This document shows, piece after piece, positions 10,001-16,567 of a DNA stretch of 64,000 nucleotides. The position numbers were made by a program, and so were the translations under genes. Within the stretch, counting starts at the first letter, position 1; the number at the start of each line of letters is the position of its first letter. The notes under the pieces are model-generated. The model saw only the letters and a program-made list of their open reading frames with translations. It did not search any database and was not told the DNA's origin. Origin of the DNA: Candidatus Pacebacteria bacterium CG_4_9_14_0_2_um_filter_40_15 (GTDB lineage Bacteria > Patescibacteriota > Microgenomatia > UBA1400 > PJMF01); the NCBI GenBank assembly GCA_002788675.1, contig PFRS01000005.1, positions 131,731 through 195,730 on the forward strand, read 5' to 3'.

Positions 10001-11613
10001 GTAGAACCAGAAAGAGTGCCTTCACAAAATGTATCCCAGCTGGCTACTAAAGCGTTAGAATAGGCAGTTGTTGTGTAAACACTATATTCACCTTGTTTGA
10101 TTAAGGAAAAGTCATCTAAAACAACAGTTTTGCCAGATTTAACACTCACACCATATTCGCGTGACTCATTAGCACCCACAACTGATCCAGACAATTTCCA
10201 CCAACCACTGCCCATATCGGTATAGGTAGTGCTCACAGTTGAGCCATTGTAGTAAAGTTCTGCAATGAGAGCATTAACAGTACCACCTTCACTACCACTG
10301 GTGTTATCGTACACAAAAACAGATAAATCATAGGTAGATGTATCACCTACATTGATAGATTGATACACCTTACCATCGGTGACAGAACCAATAGAAACGG
10401 CGTTTCCGCCGGCCGCTGAGCGTCCGGCATTAGAGGAGAAAGATTGCGAGATTGCTACAGGATCACTGGCGCAACGAAACCCGAGATTGCCGCCCTGACT
10501 TCCTGACGTATTGTACAAAAAGAGAGCGAAAGCCCCAGCATACGTCCCATTAACCCAATTACCGCCGCGGAGGAACGCGTTGTTCAACGCACCACCATAT
10601 ACTTGACCCATTCCATAGGTAGACAAATAACTGGCATTTGAAGGACCGTACAAATCACGTGCCCCACTAGCCAAATTAGCACTATTCCATTCAACCCAAC
10701 CGGCAGTAGTGTTAATAGCAGTTGATTGAATATCGCTATTCCAGTCCCAAACGTTACCAGACATATCCCAAATTTCACTACCATTGCTCAGGGTGTACTT
10801 AGCTTTGGTGTCACGTCCCGTGCCATATTCCGGGTCTGTGCCGTTGTAGCCAACGCTATCCAGCGTACCAACATTCCCCCTAAACATCCCACCCCCTGCA
10901 GCTACTGTTGAACCAACTGTGGCATTTGCCCAGTTGGCAGTTTGGCTTTCGGCATTTCTTGTAATCGTCATCCACTCTGCGTTGCTAATTAAATGGGTGC
11001 CATTAGGACACGAGGCAATAGCTTGAGTTTGGGTAATGTGGACAATTGGAGCACCATTGGCAGTAGAAACTACTTTCTCTTTATCAAAGCCTACAATATC
11101 TCGGTAATCCAAGCCTAAGCCAGAATCAGCTACGGCACTACAGGCTGCGGCAGTATCTCCGTCTCCATCTGTGGTACAGTCATATTTGGCTTCGTACTGC
11201 ATGGCTAAAAAATTATCTGTTGAAAAAGTAGCATTGCCAGGAATTTCCACCCAGCCGGTATCTGGCATTGCCAGAGTATTCCACGAAGTAACATCTGAAG
11301 CAAAACTGGGATTAGCAAATTCATTTGCTCCTACAGCTCCACCAGTTGGTTGAGCTCCACTGTTGTCTATAGTTGTTAAGCTGGCGGTGTAATCGCCAGC
11401 AGTAGAGGCATCTAGTGTCCAAACTTTGGCTGAGTCGTTAAGTGCAAATATTTGAGGTAGTTTTCCAGAGAGTGCGCCATACATACCTATAGCGAGTCCT
11501 GAGGCCATAAAAAAAATAGCTACCAAATTAAACTCGATTCTATTAAACTGAAACCGAGGTTCTAAAAGGTACTTGCTAATTTTTTTTATTATATTCACTA
11601 ACCTTACTTTCAT
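7036..11613 (-). CDS. Giant membrane-anchored surface protein and DGR target: N-terminal TM, FGE-sulfatase/C-type-lectin-fold domain ('WDMSGNVWDWNSD', 'NLGFRCAS') carrying the variable repeat, then ~1100 aa of Fn3/Ig-like repeats
   Basis: Hydrophobic segment at residues ~28-48. FGE/SUMF1-type motifs around residues 270-385. Recurring Fn3-like 'GTKYYYK' and 'YYYKI' motifs in the C-terminal half. The VR at 10462-10579 falls in this gene. Confidence 0.7.
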   Translation of the reverse strand: MKVRLVNIIKKISKYLLEPRFQFNRIEFNLVAIFFMASGLAIGMYGALSGKLPQIFALNDSAKVWTLDASTAGDYTASLTTIDNSGAQPTGGAVGANEFANPSFASDVTSWNTLAMPDTGWVEIPGNATFSTDNFLAMQYEAKYDCTTDGDGDTAAACSAVADSGLGLDYRDIVGFDKEKVVSTANGAPIVHITQTQAIASCPNGTHLISNAEWMTITRNAESQTANWANATVGSTVAAGGGMFRGNVGTLDSVGYNGTDPEYGTGRDTKAKYTLSNGSEIWDMSGNVWDWNSDIQSTAINTTAGWVEWNSANLASGARDLYGPSNASYLSTYGMGQVYGGALNNAFLRGGNWVNGTYAGAFALFLYNTSGSQGGNLGFRCASDPVAISQSFSSNAGRSAAGGNAVSIGSVTDGKVYQSINVGDTSTYDLSVFVYDNTSGSEGGTVNALIAELYYNGSTVSTTYTDMGSGWWKLSGSVVGANESREYGVSVKSGKTVVLDDFSLIKQGEYSVYTTTAYSNALVASWDTFCEGTLSGSTCTQDATTGTNSSISYQLCTDDGSTCESGGSWKYYDGANWQTASNTTTHVNTPAQLTQTAMQALSITSTKISVKAIFTSGGADVPYLPHVSIGLTTDTTAPDTNASALAMTRSNGGTSMSSNDWTKNESPYFSWTAGADTAGGSGLKGYCLYLGTDSAGNPATSKGLLGTSPLSTAGTTCQFIVSSTSIDFATSSYKGSPWLTTSSDPYYLNIKAIDNAGQVFGGASEQFQFRFDNITPTNTSYISCASGSFSNVADMNFSWPTSGSAATVDDNSGVLGWQYQINSTAGTWLGTTTESVLGVNNYLPTSETSRTLTQEQDGSSIISGNNIVYFRSVDASGNISSASTYRTCNLSYGGAAPAFDELENVTVTPSTSTSNSFALSWPEATPSAGQAVTHYYYMVNTSPPSTLSTLQGNSTTYIDNGTSTTVSAGALPNVNKGTNTVYVVAIDDASTPNYSPSNYITGTFTLNSTDPDNVANLVSSDSSIKSQEQWNVTLTWTAPSYQGAGNLTYLVHRSSDGTTFSQVGTTSGISYVDTTPSSAQYYYKIYTKDGANATSSGTNAVTITPTGKWTSAPSLESEPEVSDITTKKATISWSTSRTSDSKIQFGTSRGKYNDVEPSNSDQVTNHSIDLTGLKPGTKYYYKAKWTDEDGNTGSSEENEFTTSPAPTVKDVVAKNIGLDTAIIEFTSKDASKVKVYYGTSSDFGGVKEMSTSTSETTYTAELTGLADGTKYYYKINTFDSEDEEYEGTVLDFETLPRPKISGVRIQQVSNTAQSTLLITWNTNTAVSSIISYYPENNPSAVKDEVNIDLISGEHQMIIRGLAPQTNYNLVVKGRDKIGNQAVSDSQRLTTATDTRPAQISKLFVEGSVIPQTASTAQESTAQLIVSWNTDEPATSQVEFGEGTGVTYAQKTQEDSNLTYNHLVIISGLTPSKVYHLRALSKDTAGNIAKSIDTVTITPKTTENALNLVISNLQEAFGFLSRLGKN
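10398..10411 (-). promoter_or_regulatory. GC hairpin cggcg-tttc-cgccg (GAAA tetraloop on the coding strand) about 50 nt 3' of the VR; possible DGR homing hairpin/cruciform
   Basis: Read directly. DGR VRs are typically followed by a GC-rich stem with a 4-nt loop. Confidence 0.25.
10462..10579 (-). repeat. DGR variable repeat (VR), 118 bp, inside the target gene
   Basis: Aligns base-for-base with 15455-15572. Of 17 mismatches, 16 fall where the TR has A on the coding (minus) strand. The 21-nt 3' end 'gggtttcgttgcgccagtgat' is identical in both copies (IMH-like). Confidence 0.8.
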
Positions 11614-11776
11614 ACACGCACAAAAAGGCGCTTAACAAAAACGTTCCTTACTTAATAATACACATATTTTGAGCAAATGTTAATGCTAATTACAAGATGC
11701 AAGAAAGAGCTAGCTGAGTGCGATAAACAGAACTCATATAAAGAGAAGCATAAAGAATTATTTTCTGGCTATTGGA

Positions 11777-11809
11777 CAAAAAAATAGGAGAAGTAGATAA
11801 GTTTTCTCC
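11777..11809 (-). terminator. Rho-independent terminator after abiEii (minus-strand hairpin ggagaa...ttctcc followed by a T-run)
   Basis: Plus strand reads 'acaaaaaaataggagaagtagataagttttctcc'. On the minus strand this is a hairpin followed by 'tattttttt'. Confidence 0.45.
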
Positions 11810-11840
11810 TAGAACTATAAAGAGTTATGTTACGACAAAA

Positions 11841-12623
11841 TCATGAACTTTTTCTATCAATTGAACTCAATAACTTTTCAAGGTAGGTTTTTACATACTC
11901 AAATAGGCTTCCAAGTTTCTCGCGCTCACCTATTGGTACAAAGGGTCTCAAGTCTTTGATAAACTCATCCTTAGAAAAATCTTTCAACCTAGATATTAAT
12001 CTATCCACTTTAAAAACTTCATCATAATATTTCAACTTATTTTGAATCAAATCCAAATCAAATTTTGCACCAAGCTCTAGTAAGATCCAAAGATCATATA
12101 TATCTCGATGCTTTTCTCTCCTGAGTATTGCTCTGATTTTTTCTGCCAATATTTCGTTCTTACTCAAAGAGTTAACAAAACTCTGCACAATAACAGGGTA
12201 TTCTGATTCAATAATGCTTTTTGTAGGCTCTAAAACATTCTCCCTCATTGAAAAATCTAATTTTACGAAAACCGGATTTTTCAAAGATTGAACATTTGCT
12301 GTTAAAAGATATGTTTTTCCAGTTATGGTTTTTCTTTCCTTAAAGGTAAATGGATATTGATTTTCAATTTTACTGAAAAACTTATTGATTAGTTTTATAA
12401 ATACACCTTCATCAACTTGAACAGTAAAATCTAAATCCTCTGAAAATCTTTGTCCACCATAAAGTAAACGAATAGCAGTACCTCCCTTGAAGTAAATATC
12501 TCTTGAGAAACCTTCTTCATATAATTCTTTCAGAAATGTGATCTGAACAAATTCACGAGCCACAATTGATTCATTAATTTTATACTTTTTGGATAACTGA
12601 TTTAGCTGTGTTTGATTTATCAT
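11841..12623 (-). CDS. abiEii: AbiEii/AbiGii-family nucleotidyltransferase toxin (type IV TA)
   Basis: 'YFKGGTAIRLLYGGQRFSEDLDF' is the hallmark KGGTA nucleotidyltransferase motif of AbiEii/DUF1814. Confidence 0.6.
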   Translation of the reverse strand: MINQTQLNQLSKKYKINESIVAREFVQITFLKELYEEGFSRDIYFKGGTAIRLLYGGQRFSEDLDFTVQVDEGVFIKLINKFFSKIENQYPFTFKERKTITGKTYLLTANVQSLKNPVFVKLDFSMRENVLEPTKSIIESEYPVIVQSFVNSLSKNEILAEKIRAILRREKHRDIYDLWILLELGAKFDLDLIQNKLKYYDEVFKVDRLISRLKDFSKDEFIKDLRPFVPIGEREKLGSLFEYVKTYLEKLLSSIDRKSS

Positions 12624-12660
12624 TTTAGACCCTTAATTTTGGAGTGATAACGACATAAAT

Positions 12661-13308
12661 TTAGCTGGTATAAAAAGTGCAAGGCCATAAATATTTATCC
12701 GCTAATTCCTGAATACTTTTTGACAATTTATCTGGTAGTAGTTTAAAATATTCTTGGAATTTTGCCTTATCAATCGCAGAATAATCCATTTCATCTAAGT
12801 ATTGCTTCGTCTTTAAACCTTTGGCAATCATATACAGCTGATCTAACAAAGCTTTTTCTGGTAGAGCTATTAATGCATCTTCTTCTTTAATATAACCAGT
12901 AAATAAACTCGTACTTATTTGAGAATAGGTATACATTTTTTCTAAAACTTCTTTTTTTTGGGTAGATTTTGTTGTCACTGAGGTGATCTCTACGGGAAAT
13001 TGACTTAAAATTCCATAGTAATTAAGAGCTGTCTCAAATGAGATATATGAAGGCGAATATAAAAATTGAGCAATTTCAAAATCTGAAACTTCTGCATTTC
13101 CCAACAAATATTTGCCTTTTTCAAGAGAAATCAGTATTTTTTCATCAAGAAATCTTTTAATAAGATCCTCAAGTGTTCTTTTCGAGTCAATTTCAAGTAA
13201 GTTTTGAAGATCTTTGGTTAAAAAGGCTTTTTTACCCGAATCATTGATTGCATTTAAATATTTATACGTTGACATATACCACGGATTATACGTGGTTAAG
13301 CATATCAT
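12661..13308 (-). CDS. abiEi: AbiEi-family antitoxin/transcriptional regulator
   Basis: 'YISFETALNYYGILSQFP' matches the conserved AbiEi C-domain motif (Y-x-S-x-E-x-AL-x-x-xG). Lies directly upstream of abiEii. Confidence 0.5.
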   Translation of the reverse strand: MICLTTYNPWYMSTYKYLNAINDSGKKAFLTKDLQNLLEIDSKRTLEDLIKRFLDEKILISLEKGKYLLGNAEVSDFEIAQFLYSPSYISFETALNYYGILSQFPVEITSVTTKSTQKKEVLEKMYTYSQISTSLFTGYIKEEDALIALPEKALLDQLYMIAKGLKTKQYLDEMDYSAIDKAKFQEYFKLLPDKLSKSIQELADKYLWPCTFYTS

Positions 13309-14089
13309 GTCAAGGGTGAATCTTTTCTCAATTAAGATAACACAAAATGCCTAAACACTATTTATTTTCCGTAAGTAAATAATAGAGTAAGTAGGCATTG
13401 GCATGTTGCAAATGACCTTTAATTGATACTTTTGATTGTGTTAGCTCAAACTCGCTCAATTTCCCTTGTAAAAATTTCTTTTGTTTTTTCCTATACTTGC
13501 GTTGCATGTGCCTCAAAGTATCACCTCTCACCAAAACGTGATCATAAAAAATTCTATACCCCACAAACGGCACTCCATCAGTGACATTTTTAATTGTGTT
13601 TTTTTTGGGATGCAAACTCAAGCCCAACTTTCTATTTAAAAATTTCTCAATATCTTTATTTAACTGCTTCAGCTTCTTTTTATCTGGATGAATAATCAAA
13701 AAATCATCCATGTATCGAGCATACCAACGCTGTTTGAGGGTATGTTTTACGTATTGGTCAAGCTCATTTAGATAGATATTGGCAAAAAGTTGACTGGTTA
13801 GGTTTCCTATTGGTAAGCCTTTTCTTTCCCACTCCAATATAGGTGCATTTTCCTGATGGTTATTTTGATCACTGTTATTGAATTCAAAAAGTGAAAGTTG
13901 TTCGGGAATAGTTTTTTTAAAACTATTTTGGTGGATATGACTTGAAATATTCACCATATCTGCTTTTACTGAGTGAGTAACCACAATTCTTCTAAGAAGC
14001 TCGTTGGTTCTTGGGCAAGTTATTGATTTTTGCAGGATTTCTAGCAAAGTATCCCAGTGAATGTTTTGAAAATACTTATGAATATCACA

Positions 14090-14837
14090 GGGTCTTGTGA
14101 CGTTTAGCATACGTTAGTGTGTTAATATGGTTGTAAGATCAATGAAAAATAGATATTGCAATCGATCACGACTTAGTGAGCACAAATTTAGACAACTTTT
14201 ACAATGTTTTTGTGACGATTTTGACACAGTTTTAACAGCAAAAAGTGTTGGAATTTCTCGTGAGCATGTAACCAAATATTTTGGTGCAATTCGTTTTAGA
14301 ATTGTCGAATTAAGTCAGTTAGAGGGTAAATTTTCAGGAGAAGTTGAGGTAGATGAAAGTTACTTTGGAGCAAAAAGAATTCGAGGTAAACGAGGACGTG
14401 GTGCCAGAGGAAAAATACCCGTTGTTGGGGTATTAAAAAGAGGTGGAAAGGTTTACACAAAGGTAGTAAAAAACTGTTCGAGAGAACAAATACTGCCAAT
14501 TTTGAAAGGTAAAATACTTGAGGAATCAACCGTGTTTACAGATGGTTGGAAAAGCTATCATGGATTGATTTATCAAGGATTTCAGCACTATAGAATCTAT
14601 CATTCAAAGAATGAATTTGCTCGAGGAAAAAACCACATTAATGGTATTGAAAGTTTTTGGAGTTTTTGCAAAAGACGTATGGCAAAACAAAATGGTGTGA
14701 GAAAAGATAAATTTCTGCTACACTTAAAGGAATCTGAGTTTAGATGGAATCATAGAAATGAAATGTATAAAGTACTTTTGGACGACTTAAAATTTAACCC
14801 ATTGACGCTCTAAACGTCACAAGACCCTATCACATTG
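14090..14837 (+). mobile_element. IS1595-family insertion sequence (~748 bp) with 18-bp terminal inverted repeats GGGTCTTGTGACGTTTAG and flanking 7-bp direct repeat TATCACA (14083-14089 and 14838-14844)
   Basis: TIRs and TSD read directly at both junctions. The transposase ORF lies inside. Confidence 0.7.
14127..14813 (+). CDS. IS1595-family (ISXO2-like) DDE transposase
   Basis: 'EVDESYFGAKRIRGKRGRGARGKIPVVGVLKRGGKVYTKVV' is the characteristic IS1595 transposase core (EVDE-Y-GG-K ... G-K). Confidence 0.7.
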   Translation: MVVRSMKNRYCNRSRLSEHKFRQLLQCFCDDFDTVLTAKSVGISREHVTKYFGAIRFRIVELSQLEGKFSGEVEVDESYFGAKRIRGKRGRGARGKIPVVGVLKRGGKVYTKVVKNCSREQILPILKGKILEESTVFTDGWKSYHGLIYQGFQHYRIYHSKNEFARGKNHINGIESFWSFCKRRMAKQNGVRKDKFLLHLKESEFRWNHRNEMYKVLLDDLKFNPLTL

Positions 14838-15245
14838 CAACACATAGAGTTCTCTTTCTTTTCCATATATACATCTAGCAGCCATGAGAAATTTTTTGAT
14901 TCTGCTTGCTCCAAAGTGTGTTCCCTTATATTTGCGACAAGCATACGAATCAAAAATAAACTTTTTTTCAAATATTGGCTCAATTTGTGCCACAAGGGAG
15001 TGCTGAATTATCCTATCTTTAAATGCAGGCGCAGAAATTCTCCTTGTTTTGGGCTCAAAAATTGTAAAATTGGTGTAGGGCTGAGGATAATATTCACCAG
15101 ATAAAAGAAGCTGTCTTAACTTTAATATATTGCTCTCAATAAAGTATTCATACTCCGCAACACTAATTCTGTCTCTTTTGCCTTTTCTTGCTTTGTAAAA
15201 TGATTTGAGTAACATCTCAAAACTAGAAATTTTATCAAACATCAT

Positions 15246-15454
15246 CTTACATAGTATCCTTATAAGCCCACTTTCCTCATAACTAAAAACATATGTTGCT
15301 AGCTATGAGGATACAGGCTTTTTGTTTTCCCTCAAGAAATTTATATGCTTGAAAGAAAGAGAAAATCTTGTGATCATAATGATCCAGGACATATATCCTT
15401 AAACATATGCCACTCATCTGGCGAAGCCAAATCTTACATGGACTTAATATTAGT
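15246..15454 (-). other. DGR spacer region between TR and RT, containing an imperfect hairpin (cctcata...tatgagg)
   Basis: Its position corresponds to the structured TR-RT spacer of known DGR RNAs. Confidence 0.3.
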
Positions 15455-15572
15455 ATCACTGGCGCAACGAAACCCGATATTGTTGTTCTGATTTCCTGTT
15501 GTATTGTTCAAATTGAGAGCGAAAGGTCCAGCATTCGTTCCATTATTCCAATTACCGCCGCGGAGGAACGCG
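15455..15572 (-). repeat. DGR template repeat (TR), 118 bp
   Basis: Non-coding copy of the VR. In the VR frame it reads AFLRGGNWNNGTNAGPFALNLNNTTGNQNNNIGFRCASD, with AAY (Asn) codons exactly at the positions that differ in the VR. Confidence 0.8.
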
Positions 15573-15605
15573 CACTGCGTTTGTATGATTTTCCCTTTAT
15601 AGTAA

Positions 15606-15947
15606 CTATACCACTTTCATCCAAGCTCGTAGCATTCGAGCAATCTCATTCATTTTTTCTGCACCAAATGCATATTGTTTGATACTTTTAAATTTAAGAT
15701 CTTTAGTCAGTCGTAATAATATTCGCAAAGTATCTAGGTCATTAGAAATTAATTGTTGTAATTTTTGTCTTTCTAACCCTTTTAGACTATTGGCCTTTGA
15801 AACTGTTATAACTAAAGCAATTACCCTTTCTTCAATTGCTTTGCCTAAAACCATTCTATGACTTTTAGGGATACGGTTTACTAAAGGATAAAACCAAAGT
15901 GCTTGGTCATACGTTTTTTGGAAAATAAGTAATTTTTCACACATCAT
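15606..15947 (-). CDS. avd: Avd-like accessory variability determinant (four-helix-bundle family)
   Basis: 113 aa. 'IFQKTYDQALWFYPLVNRIPKSHRMVLGKAIEERV' fits the Avd / 23S-IVS four-helix-bundle family. Sits immediately 5' of the TR on the same strand. Confidence 0.55.
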   Translation of the reverse strand: MMCEKLLIFQKTYDQALWFYPLVNRIPKSHRMVLGKAIEERVIALVITVSKANSLKGLERQKLQQLISNDLDTLRILLRLTKDLKFKSIKQYAFGAEKMNEIARMLRAWMKVV

Positions 15948-16078
15948 AAATCTGTTTGTATCACCACTTTATAACTCTGGGGAAATACCTTCATGTTTAT
16001 TATTACGTAGTTATTATCTTGAAACAAGAAGAGTTGTATTCTTTTTTTGAAAATAATTCATATGACAAGTAATATCCA

Positions 16079-16106
16079 TTGACTTCTCGAGAACTGTTGA
16101 TATAAT
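16079..16106 (+). promoter_or_regulatory. Near-consensus sigma70-type promoter (TTGACT, 16-bp spacer, TATAAT) upstream of the T4SS-like operon
   Basis: Read directly: 'ttgacttctcgagaactgttgatataat'. Confidence 0.4.
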
Positions 16107-16219
16107 TTGATACAATTTAAATCAAAAGTAAATTGTTATAACAAGAGCTGCCCAACTAGTGAGGTGGCTTTTTTTGTAACACCTGCCCTGGATACTTTTT
16201 TAACGAAAGGGTCGTTGTT

Positions 16220-16552
16220 ATGAGAAAACTCGTATTTCTTCAAAGTATATTTCTTACCTCTTTAGTTGTTGCAACTCCAGCATTTGCACAAACTGCCGAA
16301 GTTGGACAAATTCAATCATTCATCCAAAGTGTGATTCAAGTTATGGTCACGCTCTCTGGCTTTATTGCAGCAGGTTTCATAGTCTGGGGTGGCGTTGGCT
16401 ACATTACTAGTTCAGGAAACCCTGAATCACTCGAAAAGTCTAAAAAAACAATTTTATACTCAGCCATTGGCCTCACCCTTGTGCTTGGAGCATTCGTTCT
16501 TTCCAATATGGTTAGCCAATTAGCATCCACTGCTTTTGGTGCAGGAATGTAA
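16220..16552 (+). CDS. VirB2/TrbC-like pilin-type small membrane protein (signal peptide + two hydrophobic helices)
   Basis: Signal peptide 'ATPAFAQT', then two hydrophobic stretches. First gene of the T4SS-like operon. Confidence 0.4.
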   Translation: MRKLVFLQSIFLTSLVVATPAFAQTAEVGQIQSFIQSVIQVMVTLSGFIAAGFIVWGGVGYITSSGNPESLEKSKKTILYSAIGLTLVLGAFVLSNMVSQLASTAFGAGM

Positions 16553-16567
16553 GCGAAGGGATATGTA

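Larger units (their letters stand above)
13358..15245 (-). pseudogene. DGR reverse transcriptase interrupted by an IS1595-family insertion. N-terminal part 15245-14838, C-terminal part 14089-13358.
   Basis: N-terminal part has RT motifs 0-1 ('ISAPAFKDRIIQHSL'). The C-terminal part continues with motif 2 ('CDIHKYFQNIHWDTLL'), motif 4 'LPIGNLTSQ' (DGR-type [I/L]GxxxSQ rather than group-II QGxxxSP), motif 5 'YARYMDDFLI' and 'VPFVGYRI'. The two halves join in frame across the IS if one 7-bp TSD copy is removed. Confidence 0.65.

Noticed and set aside
14090-14110. ATG start of the 13358-14110 ORF
   Set aside because: The apparent start codon lies within the IS1595 terminal inverted repeat ('atgctaaacgtcacaagaccc'). 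It is an artefact of the insertion; the segment is the C-terminal half of the disrupted RT.
13358-15245. Reverse transcriptase as a group II intron or retron RT
   Set aside because: Motif 4 is 'IGNLTSQ' (DGR-type), not 'QGxxxSP'. There is no maturase/endonuclease extension. The gene is flanked by an Avd-like gene and a template repeat with adenine-specific VR/TR differences.
15407-15682. Plus-strand ORF 15407-15682 overlapping the template repeat
   Set aside because: The DGR TR is non-coding template RNA on the opposite strand. This ORF is a chance open frame across TR and the avd 3' end.
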